This document shows positions 40,883 to 50,917 of a stretch of DNA of 64,000 nt, piece after piece. Made by a program: the position numbers and the translations under genes. Every line of letters begins with the position of its first letter. Positions within the stretch are counted from its first letter, which is position 1. The DNA lies in the NCBI GenBank assembly GCA_963772365.1, contig CAVYXA010000002.1:1-64000 (forward strand), written 5' to 3'. The DNA is from an uncultured Verrucomicrobiae bacterium (GTDB lineage Bacteria; Verrucomicrobiota; Verrucomicrobiia; Chthoniobacterales; UBA10450). The notes beneath the pieces are model-generated. The model ran no database searches, was not told where the DNA came from, and was given only the letters and a program-made list of their open reading frames with translations.

Positions 40883-41983
40883 GCCCGGTTTTCCGATCAA
40901 GCGAAGATCGACATCGACTTTGGCTTGCATCATCTGATCGAACCCAAAATGCGCGCGCGCATATTGCAGCGCATTGACGGCGCAGCGCGCTGTCAGATCC
41001 TTATCCGCGAGGAAACGAAGAATTGCCTTGGCCAATGCGTCCACATTTTTTGGCGCAACCAATAAACCGTTTTCGGCGTCGCGAATGATTTCGGGGATAT
41101 CGCCAATCGTAGTGGCGACGACCGCACAACCGCTGGCAAACGCTTCTCGCAGAACGATCGGCGAAGCCTCGGTGCAGAATGACGAGATCACAACCATGTC
41201 AGCCGCAGCCAGAATATCAGGCGTGTCCCATCGATAGCCGAGCATGAGGATCTTGTCTTGCAGACCGGATTTCTGAATCGCTTCTCGCAATTCTCGTTCG
41301 CGCAAGCGCGAGCCGGTTCCCTGGCCGACGATCACAAATCGGGCATCCGATCTCTCCTTCAGCACAATCTCAGCTGCTTTGGCCAGGCGCTTCTGTCCTT
41401 TGTCTGAGCGAATCATGCCGATGTTCACGATGACCGGCGTGTCCGGAGCAAATCCCATTTCGCGACGAAATTTTACTCCATCGCCCGATTGAAATTTCGC
41501 AAGATCGACAGCGGACCCGATCACTTCAATTTTTTCCGGGCGAATGCCATTCTGTTCGACTAGCTGTCTCTTAATCACGCTCGCGTCCACCACAATGTTC
41601 GAGCAACCGTATTTGAAAATGAATGCGCGACTTTTACCGCCGAGCGGATCGGTAATGCAACGCGCGCGAGATAGCGGAATTCCACCGAGAAAAAGCGGGA
41701 ACGCGAGCCAATGGTCCTTTGAGCTATAAGTTTTGATCAGATCGATTCGGTTCCGCCGGCAAAACCGCAAGATTCGCCAGGAACAGATCAGATCGACACG
41801 ACGCCGCATGGGCACGACAACGAGATGGGCGCCGAGCTCGCGGGCTTTGGGCACGATCTCGCTTTGCGGATCGCACATCAGCCAGGCGTGATGTCCATTT
41901 CGATTGAGCCAGTTGATCTCCAGACAGGTGCGATATTCTTGTCCGCCCCAGCTTCGGCTGCTCTCGAGATAAAGTACGTTCAC
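40808..41983 (-). CDS. Glycosyltransferase family 4
   Basis: WGGQE, DKGQ, EASPIVLREAFASG; 3' end overlaps the convergent LOG gene. Confidence 0.85.
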   Translation of the reverse strand: MNVLYLESSRSWGGQEYRTCLEINWLNRNGHHAWLMCDPQSEIVPKARELGAHLVVVPMRRRVDLICSWRILRFCRRNRIDLIKTYSSKDHWLAFPLFLGGIPLSRARCITDPLGGKSRAFIFKYGCSNIVVDASVIKRQLVEQNGIRPEKIEVIGSAVDLAKFQSGDGVKFRREMGFAPDTPVIVNIGMIRSDKGQKRLAKAAEIVLKERSDARFVIVGQGTGSRLRERELREAIQKSGLQDKILMLGYRWDTPDILAAADMVVISSFCTEASPIVLREAFASGCAVVATTIGDIPEIIRDAENGLLVAPKNVDALAKAILRFLADKDLTARCAVNALQYARAHFGFDQMMQAKVDVDLRLIGKPGSGGGSSIDRVNQLSKPSEVASMRR

Positions 41984-42025
41984 CTGGTCCGGCGACTCGC
42001 GGCCTCGCGAATTCGCTCGCAGAGC

Positions 42026-42295
42026 CTAAGCGTTCGCCGCGCGTTTTTCGACAATATAATCGTGGATGCTGTTTACGCTCTGCAACGCTTTGCCGGCGAC
42101 TTCCGCATTTGGAACGCTGACGCCGAAAGTTTTTTCCATGCTCACTGCCAGTTCCAGCGCGTCGATCGAATCCAGCCCGAGACCGTTCGGGCCAAACAAT
42201 GGTAGATCATCGCCGATTTGATCGGCCGTAGTTTGCAGCATCAAATTTTTGACCAGCATCTCCTTGATCCGCTGGCGAAGATCGACATCTGACAT
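42026..42295 (-). CDS. Acyl carrier protein
   Basis: LGLDSIDALEL phosphopantetheine site. Confidence 0.88.
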   Translation of the reverse strand: MSDVDLRQRIKEMLVKNLMLQTTADQIGDDLPLFGPNGLGLDSIDALELAVSMEKTFGVSVPNAEVAGKALQSVNSIHDYIVEKRAANA

Positions 42296-42456
42296 AGGAA
42301 ACGCCGATTCTGTCGCAAATCGTGCGAAACGTCAAACGCGCGACATCACGGTTGATTCAGAAAGCGGCGGAGTACCGCCGCACTCCAAAGCACTGGCGTG
42401 CAAAACATTTCGCGAAGCTTTTGAGTGCGACGCGTCGCTTTTACTCAGCGCCGCTG

Positions 42457-42780
42457 CTACACCTGATCGGCTTGTTTGCCGGGTGCGATTTCCTGATTCG
42501 GATCCGGATGAGATTCCGGCGTAGTGGTCTGGTCGGCTATGCGCGGCACAGTCGACTGCGCCGGCTTCACTTCTGGCGCGGCTGGTTGCGTATCGGATTT
42601 GCCGGCTTTGTGCAGCTCGTCGTTGAATTCATCCTTCGCCTTCTGGAATTCCTTCACCGCCTGACCCATCCCGCGCGCCAACTCTGGTAACTTCTTCGCT
42701 CCGAACAAGACCAGGATGATCAGCAGAATGACGATCAAATCCGGGCCGGCCAGATTCATGAAGCTGGCAAGGAGATTCAT
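42457..42780 (-). CDS. tatA: Twin-arginine translocase TatA/E
   Basis: LVLFGAKKLPELARGMGQAVKEFQKA. Confidence 0.9.
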   Translation of the reverse strand: MNLLASFMNLAGPDLIVILLIILVLFGAKKLPELARGMGQAVKEFQKAKDEFNDELHKAGKSDTQPAAPEVKPAQSTVPRIADQTTTPESHPDPNQEIAPGKQADQV

Positions 42781-42829
42781 AAGCTGGGTCAAACATCAGA
42801 CTCTTTCCCGAAGTTGCAAGGCAATTCAA

Positions 42830-43100
42830 TGCGCTGAGACAGCGCACGCTACAGCAAAGACTCCGTGGGCACTTTGCGGGCCGAGCGAAGGGCCAGCGGC
42901 TGTGAGCAAGCCGGCAACACGCCGGCTTGGGCGAGCAGAACGCTCGCTCTGGCTGGCATGTTGCCAGCCAGCCGCACCTGGACCACTGAGAGAGTCGGCG
43001 AACGAACAGAATCCGCTGTGACAGCGGACACTACAGCAGTTGGTTGGCCCGCTACCGGCAGGCGAGGGCGGAACGCCGCCTTCGGGGTGGAACGCGGCCC
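42830..43100. repeat. Cluster of REP-like palindromes
   Basis: GCGCTGAGACAGCGCACGCTAC, GCTGGCATGTTGCCAGC, CCGCTGTGACAGCGGACACTAC; no credible ORF. Confidence 0.65.
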
Positions 43101-43174
43101 ACGGGAAGTTATTGACAATTGTTCACAATTAAACGAAACGAGACTCCCGCCCTCTAAAAAAAGGAGATTCTGTT

Positions 43175-44036
43175 ATGCGTCCGATCTGGAAAGGCAGCAT
43201 CAGCTTTGGGTTGGTTTACATTCCCGTGGCAGTTTACCCGGCCACACGCGAAGAGAAGATTAGTTTCCGCCAGCTTCGCTCCAACGATCTCAGCCCAATC
43301 AAATACAAAAAAGTCGCCGAAGCAGATTCGAAAGAAGTCCCGGCCGATCAAATCGTCAAAGGCTTCGAGTACGAACGCGGCCATTATGTTGTGATGAAGG
43401 ACGAGGACTTCGAAAAGGTGCGAATCGAATCGACGCATTCCATCGACATCACCGATTTCGTCGAGGTCGAACAGGTCGATCCGAAATTTTTCTATAAACC
43501 GTATTTCCTGGAGCCGCAGAAAGGCGGCGAAAAAGCCTACGCGGTTCTGCACAAGGCGTTGAGCGGCACGGACAAGATTGGCGTGGCCAAAGTCGTGATC
43601 AGCAATCGCGAGCACCTGGCCGCCGTAAAACCCGATGGGCTGTTTCTGATTCTTGAGCTGATGCATTTCGCCAGCGAAATCATGAGTACCGATATTCTAA
43701 CAAATGGCGCAGGGACGGCCCGTGACCGATAAGGAATTGAAAATGGCCCAGGCCCTCATTGACAGCATGACGGTGACATGGGCGCCGGAGAAATATCGCG
43801 ATGAATACCGCACCGCGTTGATGGAACTCATCGAACAAAAAGCCAAGCACAAGGAGATCACAACCAAGGCGCCGCCACCGCCGACTCCGACCAACGTTGT
43901 CGATCTTGTGAAAGTTCTCCAGGACAGCCTGAACCGAAGCCAATCGACGCGGCCAAAAAGCGGCGGAGTTCGATCTGGCGTTCGCCGCTCGAATAGCGCG
44001 CTGGTAAAACAAAAACGCCGCGCCGGCGCGTATTGA
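43175..44036 (+). CDS. ku: NHEJ Ku protein, with a 1-nt frameshift near 43720
   Basis: MRPIWKGSISFGLV, IVKGFE, KPYFLEP; second frame ELKMAQALID...YRDEY...VVDLVKVL. Confidence 0.88.
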
Positions 44037-44071
44037 TTTTCGAGCGAAGCGGGAAAGCCGTTGCATCTTAA

Positions 44072-44207
44072 GGTGGATCGGCTTCTCCGAAGACGATGTT
44101 GGGGACGATCGCCTAAGGCGCAAACCAAAGCATTTCCTATCGGAGGAGAAGTTTGGCGCAGGCGCGCTTTTATTTTGCCAACGCGTTGAGGACAACACGT
44201 TCCACCA
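44072..44207. repeat. GGTGGA...TCCACC MITE-like element; a relative lies at about 19144-19283
   Basis: Shared AGTTTGGCG...CCAACGCGTTGAGGAYAAC...CGTTCCACC; AGGTGGATCGGCTTCTCCGAAGACGATG repeated near 44234. Confidence 0.7.
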
Positions 44208-44297
44208 GATGTTTGACCAAAATGTTTGAGAGAAGGTGGATCGGCTTCTCCGAAGACGATGCTAAAAACAATAGCCGAAGGCGCAACACTCGAATTT

Positions 44298-45047
44298 ATG
44301 AGAAGAGTATTATTAACGCTGTTCGCTTTTGCGGCTTTTGCAGGCACGTGCACCGCGGCAGTAGCGCAGCCGCTTCAAAATTGTGGCCAGCTTCTGGTCG
44401 TTACAACTTCTTCCTGGTCGGCGCCGAGCGGCGCGATGTCGATCTTCGAACGCGATAGCAACGGATCGTGGAGACAGCGCGGGTCAAAGTGTGACGTGCG
44501 CATTGGCCGGGCGGGTCTCGGTTGGGGACGGGGCATCGTGGAGACCAAATCCCTCAGCGGGCCGCGCAAACGAGAAGGCGACGACAAAGCGCCAGCGGGA
44601 ATTTTCCGGCTGGGAAGTGTGTTCGGTTCCAAGCGCGAAACTAAAATGCCATTCATCCGATTGTCGAAAGACATCGTCTGCGTGGACGATCCGGACTCGC
44701 AGTATTACAACCGAATTGTCGATGCGTCGAAGATTCGCCCGCCTTCGCCAAGGCTACGGCGGGCGAGCCCTCGCGATTGGAGACACGCCGAACAATTATT
44801 CGGCGTCGATGTTTACAAATGGGGAGTATTCGTTGAACACAATGTTCCTCCGAAACCTCGGGCCGGTTCCTGTATTTTCCTCCACGTCTGGAAAACTTCT
44901 CGCACTTCCACATCCGGTTGCACAGCGATGTCAGAGCAGAACCTGATCTCAATCATTCACTGGCTCGATCCAAAGAAGCACCCGCTTCTCGTCCAATTGC
45001 CGCGTCCAGTTTACGATGGATCGCGATCAAAATGGAACCTGCCCTGA
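44298..45047 (+). CDS. L,D-transpeptidase-family protein
   Basis: Signal peptide, KREGDDKAPAG, GSCIFLH, TSGC. Confidence 0.85.
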   Translation: MRRVLLTLFAFAAFAGTCTAAVAQPLQNCGQLLVVTTSSWSAPSGAMSIFERDSNGSWRQRGSKCDVRIGRAGLGWGRGIVETKSLSGPRKREGDDKAPAGIFRLGSVFGSKRETKMPFIRLSKDIVCVDDPDSQYYNRIVDASKIRPPSPRLRRASPRDWRHAEQLFGVDVYKWGVFVEHNVPPKPRAGSCIFLHVWKTSRTSTSGCTAMSEQNLISIIHWLDPKKHPLLVQLPRPVYDGSRSKWNLP

Positions 45048-45102
45048 ATTTGCGAGACCGCCGCTATGCCGGATTCGATTGGTTGGATGCTTTCATTCGC
45101 CA

Positions 45103-45522
45103 CTATCGATCGAATGAATCTGGGAAGATCATCGTCCCGTCTTTGTCGAATCCGAAAGTCACTTTAGATGAGCCCTCGTGTCCATCGGAAGCGGCCCCGG
45201 CGTAAACGCGACCGGGAATGAGCTTCTGCGGTTGAATCATCGTAGTAAACCCAGGAGGCGTAACTCCGTACTCGAGTGGGTGGGTCAGACCACGGCTGCC
45301 CACGATGGACCACATCGCCTTCCATCTGTCATCGGCGGTCCGCATAGAAACGGTGAATGACTTGATATCGGTCTTCGGACGTTTGGTGGAATCACGGTAA
45401 AACTCGAACCGGATCGGCCCGCCCAATCGCCCGCTCGCCCTGGAAATAAACGAGTATGACATCGCCTCGGCAGCGATGCCCGCGGACAGCAATAACATGA
45501 TAGCAACGACGCGCCTTTTCAT
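45103..45522 (-). CDS. Gene cassette, secreted hypothetical protein
   Basis: ATG overlaps the attC core (GTTAGATG); signal peptide; followed by a truncated attC (ATCCAACCAATCGA, 45075-45088). Confidence 0.7.
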   Translation of the reverse strand: MKRRVVAIMLLLSAGIAAEAMSYSFISRASGRLGGPIRFEFYRDSTKRPKTDIKSFTVSMRTADDRWKAMWSIVGSRGLTHPLEYGVTPPGFTTMIQPQKLIPGRVYAGAASDGHEGSSKVTFGFDKDGTMIFPDSFDR

Positions 45523-45643
45523 CTAACGATAACAAGATAAGCCACCGCTGATGGCAGCAAGCTGTGCTTGGAATAAGTGTGTGTTGATCATCAAAGGTGA
45601 GGCTGTACGCGGTGAAGCGGTTCGCTGCATCGACTGGTTAGAC
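45521..45643 (-). other. attC site
   Basis: Minus strand GTCTAACCAGTCGATGCAGCGAAC ... GGCTTATCTTGTTATCGTTAGAT. Confidence 0.85.
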
Positions 45644-45646
45644 CCT

Positions 45647-45994
45647 TCAATGGATTTTCTGCACATCCTCGATAAACGCATCCAGCCCACCAGATATCAA
45701 AAACCAAACATCGATTGTCTTGCCGTTTCGCCGCCGAACCGTGTACACATCGTAACGTTTCTTGCCTGGAGGAACCGCTAAGGTCTGCATGAGGACTTTC
45801 GATCCCGGGTATTTCTGCGCGATCCAAGCATAGGCGTTTTGCTCAACGCCGACAGCAATCACCGCCTGCTCTTGGGAACTGCCGTCGCCCCCGTAATAAC
45901 CTAGCTTTGTGTGGCTGTAATCGGGAGACGTATCACGCGTGGAGCAACCGAAGATGGACCAGCAGATTATTGATAAGGTGAGTAGTAAGCGCAT
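45647..45994 (-). CDS. Gene cassette, lipoprotein
   Basis: IFGC lipobox-like motif; GGDGSSQEQAV...VWF motif. Confidence 0.72.
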   Translation of the reverse strand: MRLLLTLSIICWSIFGCSTRDTSPDYSHTKLGYYGGDGSSQEQAVIAVGVEQNAYAWIAQKYPGSKVLMQTLAVPPGKKRYDVYTVRRRNGKTIDVWFLISGGLDAFIEDVQKIH

Positions 45995-45996
45995 AG

Positions 45997-46129
45997 ATCT
46001 AACGAGAACAAGATGAGCGACGGCGGACGAGGGCGCGCGTCGCTCGAAGTGGAAGTGTGGAAGTCATCTCAAAAGCGGAGCGTACAGCCCCGAATGTTTT
46101 CGGGGTTCGCTCCATCGCATGGGTTAGGC
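45997..46129 (-). other. attC site, close homologue of the attC at 14537-14660
   Basis: GCCTAACCCATGCGATGGAGCGAAC ... CGCGCGCCCTCGTCCGCCGTCGCTCATCTTGTTCTCGTTAGAT. Confidence 0.9.
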
Positions 46130-46339
46130 CTTTGTCGTGGCAGCAAGCGGGATATGCGAAGTCGTGAGCTCTCGCAGGTCCAACTTCTGACTGGCGTAAT
46201 CGATGTCGATCCCGACGAGCGTACCCTCGGCGTCGTAATCCAGCACGACGCCGGGTGCGACCTCTTCGCTCTCAACACTCGGTCGTGAAGAGAAATCGAT
46301 GTAGAGCGAGTCGGTGTCCGGAAAGTAATCGAGCTTCAT
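46124..46339 (-). CDS. DUF2283-like putative antitoxin (TA cassette)
   Basis: MKLDYFPDTDSLYI...EVAPGVVLDYDAEGTLVGIDI. Confidence 0.82.
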   Translation of the reverse strand: MKLDYFPDTDSLYIDFSSRPSVESEEVAPGVVLDYDAEGTLVGIDIDYASQKLDLRELTTSHIPLAATTKA

Positions 46340-46430
46340 GGGCGAAATCTGCGATCCAAGAATGCGTTGTGAACCGTGAGCTTATCAGAGAGCGTGATCA
46401 CCCGCAAGAAGCGACCGCTCAGCTCCGGCT
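46336..46430 (-). pseudogene. 3' fragment of the cognate putative toxin
   Basis: PELSGRFLRVITLSDKLTVHNAFLDRRFRP; ATGA overlap with the antitoxin; 5' part missing. Confidence 0.62.
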
Positions 46431-46433
46431 TTC

Positions 46434-46917
46434 GGGGTTCCAACCGCAATATCCACCAGTTAAAAAACGGCTCGCTATCCTGGCAAAGGGCGCGCCCGCC
46501 ACCGGCGCACAACGCAAAAAAGCCATCGTCGCTGTGGCCCGGCATTTGGCCGTCGATCTGTGGCGCGTGCACACCGGACGCTGTACCGCAGCCGGGCTCG
46601 GCCTAACTATTTAACGATTGAGTTCGAGGGGAACAGTTTTGGAACGTGGCGCGTGTCCGGGATCTAACCTGAACCGTTAAAACGACGAGCTTCGTCGCTT
46701 TAGATTGGACCGCGTCAAAGTTCCGCTTCAGTCGAGACGGAATAAGTCACATTGCGCTGTCAAAATTAACATCGACATGCGCGGATAGGAGTATCAGCCG
46801 CTGAACAATCCAAAGCGCGCACCAGAAGCGGAAGCGTTCCTCCCCAAGTTCAACCCCACAACCTGACAAACCAATGTAACGTCATCCTCAAAACTTATCT
46901 TTGACACCCTTCATAGG
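46434..46917 (+). mobile_element. IS110/IS1111-family remnant: transposase C-terminus, about 300 nt non-coding region and right end, abutting an attC R''
   Basis: RKKAIVAVARHLAVDLWR (stop at 46614); end TTGACACCCTTCATAGG directly joined to GGTTAGGC. Confidence 0.72.
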
Positions 46918-47029
46918 GGTTAGGCCTTTGGCGTGTTTCACTCGAAGTGTAGAGCCTGATCGCATCGGGACGTGGTAGTGAGAATGGATGATGGCCGACA
47001 AGATCGGAGCCGTCGTCGTGATGTGTGAG

Positions 47030-48040
47030 TTAGTCTCCGCCGTCCATCCGCTCACCCTCCGTAGTCATTGCCTTAGCTCTCGCGGAATTGCGACCCGTCC
47101 TCCGATCAATCTCCAAGAAGGTTTTTCCAATTAGGTCGCTCAAGAGCCGTAGGGCCATCAATATCATGCGGTCGTCGTCGGTGCAGTAAGCCTCAGGCAG
47201 TGCATGATTGGCAAGGTTCAGGCTGATTACGCACATGTGCGCTGGGTCGGTGAAAGCGCTGTTGCTCCGTCCCGTCAGCAGGACGGGCTTGTCCAAAGGT
47301 GCTTCAGCCGCACCTAAGCTGGCATTGTAGGGTTTCGCACCAACATGTATGTCATCTGATGCCCATTTGAAGCGTGGTCGCCAGTGATCGAGACCAGTCG
47401 CCTTCTCAAGATCATAAAGATTGATACCTTTCGGCTTGTCGACGGTGGGGTATGCCCACCCGTAGTCCTCCCTGAATTCAGCGCCAAACTCCTTGATCAA
47501 CAAAGCCTTCGTGGCCTCCGCTGCCTCTAGACTTCCAGGCTCCAGGGGGGTCATATTCGAGCGAGGCAGAAACTCAGAATATTGCTTGAGAGCCTTGGCG
47601 CTCACGATCCCGCGATGAGCGATGAAGCGTTTTGAAACCTCGCGGTCATACCCGGCTAGGAAGGTGGATACGACGCCAATCTCATGGAGGGTGCGCCAGC
47701 GGCTCAATGCACCATCGGGAAATCCTTCGCGGAGCAGTGCGAGGATTTCATTGGAGACGCGGACGGCGCGGGCGTGCAGCGCCACATTAGCCTCAAAAGT
47801 GTAATTTTGATCCCGCAGTGCGCGCGGTCGCTCGCGTTGATTGAACGTGGAGCCGTATTCCTCGCTGATGACGATGAACATCGTGAGAAGGTCTAGCCCT
47901 TCCCTCCATCGCGTATAGCAGCGCCGTCGAAAACCTGCGTCGTGTTTCCGGTGATCGGCCAGCATTTCCGGCAGATGCTCGAACAAGCGGTTGAGGAGCT
48001 CAGCGCCCCGCTCGACATCTTGTTTCAGGTCATCGGGCAT
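47030..48040 (-). CDS. Gene cassette, DUF5677-like helical protein
   Basis: LHARAVRVSNEILALLREGFPDGALSRWRTLHE, YGWA, WASDDIH; between attC sites. Confidence 0.68.
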   Translation of the reverse strand: MPDDLKQDVERGAELLNRLFEHLPEMLADHRKHDAGFRRRCYTRWREGLDLLTMFIVISEEYGSTFNQRERPRALRDQNYTFEANVALHARAVRVSNEILALLREGFPDGALSRWRTLHEIGVVSTFLAGYDREVSKRFIAHRGIVSAKALKQYSEFLPRSNMTPLEPGSLEAAEATKALLIKEFGAEFREDYGWAYPTVDKPKGINLYDLEKATGLDHWRPRFKWASDDIHVGAKPYNASLGAAEAPLDKPVLLTGRSNSAFTDPAHMCVISLNLANHALPEAYCTDDDRMILMALRLLSDLIGKTFLEIDRRTGRNSARAKAMTTEGERMDGGD

Positions 48041-48135
48041 GGAAACTCAGGCGTCATTCGCCGGAAAAGAGCGCGCTCCTCAGAACGCAGCGGTCGATGG
48101 TCGGGAGTGGTAGCGGCAGTGTGCACGTGGAATGC

Positions 48136-48258
48136 GCCTAACGAGAACAAGATGAGCGACCGCCGCTGGGAGCGAGCAGTGCTCGAAGCAAAACTATTTT
48201 AATCATAGGAAATGTGAATGCACGACGGGCGGCGGTTCGCTCCAGCGCCTGGTTAGGC
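48136..48258 (-). other. attC site
   Basis: GCCTAACCAGGCGCTGGAGCGAACCGCCGC ... GCGGCGGTCGCTCATCTTGTTCTCGTTAGGC. Confidence 0.9.
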
Positions 48259-48267
48259 CTGGCGTGT

Positions 48268-48588
48268 TCATTGATGCGGACCGCCGCGAATGTGAAGACC
48301 ACAACGTGGACAGACGTAGTTGTAGCCTGTCATCAAAACCATGTAGATCAAGCCAGGGAGCAAGAACAGAAAGCAGAGGACGATGGCGACAAGGATGCTG
48401 CCTCGCGCTTCCTTTTTTGGCGGGCCGATATAGCCGCACTGTGGGTTCGGGCAGATGATGTCGCCTGGATTGAGCTTTTGTGGCTTTGCAGATGCAGACG
48501 TTGCCGCAAGCGGAAAACCACAATGTGGGCAGGATCCGGCTGCAGAAGAGATTTCCCTGCTGCATTCTTGACATTTGGTCAGCGCCAT
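48268..48588 (-). CDS. Gene cassette, zinc-ribbon plus LITAF-like membrane protein
   Basis: CQEC, CPHC, CPNPQC, TM segment, CPRC. Confidence 0.75.
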   Translation of the reverse strand: MALTKCQECSREISSAAGSCPHCGFPLAATSASAKPQKLNPGDIICPNPQCGYIGPPKKEARGSILVAIVLCFLFLLPGLIYMVLMTGYNYVCPRCGLHIRGGPHQ

Positions 48589-48609
48589 GATCTTAGCGGA
48601 TTTGATTGG

Positions 48610-48630
48610 GCCTAACTATAATTAGACCCC
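48610..48630 (-). other. attI-like site of array 2
   Basis: Minus strand AATTATAGTTAGGC, the same 13-nt core as attI at 14270-14282; no palindromic attC arm upstream. Confidence 0.68.
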
Positions 48631-48719
48631 ATTGTTTGTACGAGGCCAGATATTTCTGTGTGCACGGGGAATGTTCGTTTATCGCTGGTGTTCCGGGATT
48701 TGTCACGATAAAAGGGCGG

Positions 48720-48923
48720 ATGCCGCGACCCAAACCGCATTATTCTCTGCTCTTGAAAAATCATCATACCGGAGAGCAGCTCCGGCTCGATTTGGTGGAT
48801 CTTCCTTTCGTTACCGCCAAGCAGTTCCGGCTGCGGCTGAATGGTCATTGGGCAAAGAAACTACCAGTCGCGAGCAAAACGACTGTGCTCCGTCAATTGC
48901 GGACCTGGTGGGTGACACATTAG
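48720..48923 (+). CDS. Small basic hypothetical protein in the usual intI position
   Basis: 67 aa MPRPKPHYSLLLKN...LRTWWVTH with a purine-rich RBS-like stretch (AAAGGG). Confidence 0.55.
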   Translation: MPRPKPHYSLLLKNHHTGEQLRLDLVDLPFVTAKQFRLRLNGHWAKKLPVASKTTVLRQLRTWWVTH

Positions 48924-49026
48924 CGGCAAGGTCCTGATCGTTACAGTCTTCACCGAAAGACGCAGCAGGACGGCATTTTTTTCTCGAGCATTTTGTTTCG
49001 GGCATGAAACTTGGTAAGCTGGCTCC

Positions 49027-50335
49027 GTGGTGAATAGGATCGACATCTATGATGTTGTCATCATTGGCGGCGGGCCGGCGGGAAGCACGGCCGCGACTTT
49101 GCTCGCCCAGGCTGGCCGCCGCGTGATCCTTCTCGAGCGCGAGAGATTTCCCCGATTTCATATCGGCGAATCGCTGCTGCCTTTCAGCATGCAGGCGTTC
49201 GATCGCCTGGGCGTCCGGGAAAAGCTGGATCGCGCATTTCTGCCCAAGTATGGCGGGGAAATCATGGCTGCGTGCGGGACGAAGAGCATAAAATTCTATT
49301 TCAAAGATGGCTTCCGGGCGCGGCGCGATCATGCGTATCAAGTCACGCGCTCGGAGTTCGATAAACTGCTATTGGATCACGCCCGTGAGCAGGGAGCTGA
49401 GGTTCGCGAGGAGACGGACGTGAAGCGGATCGAATTTGAACCCGGCCGGGTGAAGATCGACATCGAAAATTCCGACGGACGAATCGAGACATTGCAGGCC
49501 AAATACGTCCTCGATTGCAGCGGTCGCCAGACCGTGCTCGGCAACATGTTCAGGCTGAAAAAGGCCTACGATCATCTCCAGAAATTTTCCGTCTTTGCGC
49601 ATTACGAGAATGTCGATCGTGAAGAAGGAATCGACGCCACGCTGATTCGCATTGTGCGGGGGATTGATCGCTGGTTCTGGATTATTCCGCTTACCGCCAC
49701 GCGCGCCAGTATCGGTGTCGTGATGGACACCACGACTTTTCGCGCTACGAAACTTTCGCCCGAAGCTGCGCTGGAAAAGTGTCTCGACGAGCAACCGATG
49801 ATGCTCAGATGGATGAAACGGGCCGAGCGCGTCTCGCCGGTTTATTCAGCCGGCGATTATTCCTATCGCAACACCAGATTTTTCGGGGACCGCTGGCTGC
49901 TGGCCGGCGATGCCGCCGGCTTTATCGATCCTGTGTTCAGCAGCGGTGTGTTCCTCGCAATCACTTCTGCAGAACGGGCCGCTGATACGCTGGATCAAGT
50001 TTTACGAAATGAATCTCGCCGCCAGCGTCTGTTTCGGAGAGTACTCGCGCTCCTTGAATCGGCTGATGGATGTTTATCTCAAGTTCGTGAATTCTTGGTA
50101 TCTCAACGGAAAAGAATTTATCGAAATATTTCTGAACCCCACCGAGCGGATGCAGATTGCATCGGCGGTCAATGCCGTCCTGGCGGGCAACGAAGGCAGG
50201 AGCTTTCACATCCGATGGCGGATGTGGCTGTTCTATTTCTTTGTGAAGATGCAGCGATTTTTCCCGTTGTGTCCGCGGCTCTCGCTCGTGCCGAAAAAGG
50301 GAGACGTGGTCCCGGCCGAAGCTGCGATTTCCTAA
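49027..50335 (+). CDS. FAD-dependent oxidoreductase / halogenase-like protein, with a 1-nt frameshift near 50038
   Basis: GGGPAGS, FPRFHIGESL, WFWIIP, GDAAGFIDPVFSSGV; C-terminus continues in another frame. Confidence 0.83.
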
Positions 50336-50341
50336 ATGTAG

Positions 50342-50764
50342 ATGTCGATCCTAAGAAAATATGTGACCGTTGCGATCGTGATTTCAATCGGCGGTTGCGT
50401 CTCAGTCTCTCAACATGAATTCGCCGAGCCGGCAAGCGGATGGCAAACGCGCACGGGTCAGCTTTTGGTTCGGAGCTCCCATTCTACATTCATCGGCGAT
50501 GTGATTGTGCGTTTTTCCAGGACCGGAGATTTCGAGCTCAACTTTTCCAAAGGTCCGGGCCTGACGCTTTTGGCCATTCGCGAGGACCAATCGTTCGCGC
50601 AAGTGAAAGGCGCGCTGGCGCAACGAGGATGGTCGGGTCCGATCGATCGCGCGCCGGCGCAACTGCGAGAATGGTTGGGATTGCGCGAAGCGTTTCTTAA
50701 GAACCCAGACCGCAGATCGTTTCGCTATAAAACTGACGGCCAAACATTTCTGTTTCGGCTCTGA
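50342..50764 (+). CDS. Putative lipoprotein
   Basis: IGGC lipobox-like motif; operonic spacing. Confidence 0.65.
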   Translation: MSILRKYVTVAIVISIGGCVSVSQHEFAEPASGWQTRTGQLLVRSSHSTFIGDVIVRFSRTGDFELNFSKGPGLTLLAIREDQSFAQVKGALAQRGWSGPIDRAPAQLREWLGLREAFLKNPDRRSFRYKTDGQTFLFRL

Positions 50765-50917
50765 GAGGGGCCACGCTGTAGGAGAAGCTGACAGCTTCCC
50801 CCATCGCGACGGATGAAACTCGGGAAGCTGACAGCTTCCCTTACAGGAATAACATCGACAGTTCGGGCACGGGTTGATTGGCAAATTGCAGTCGCTTCGT
50901 GTTCATTCGTGGGGCAG

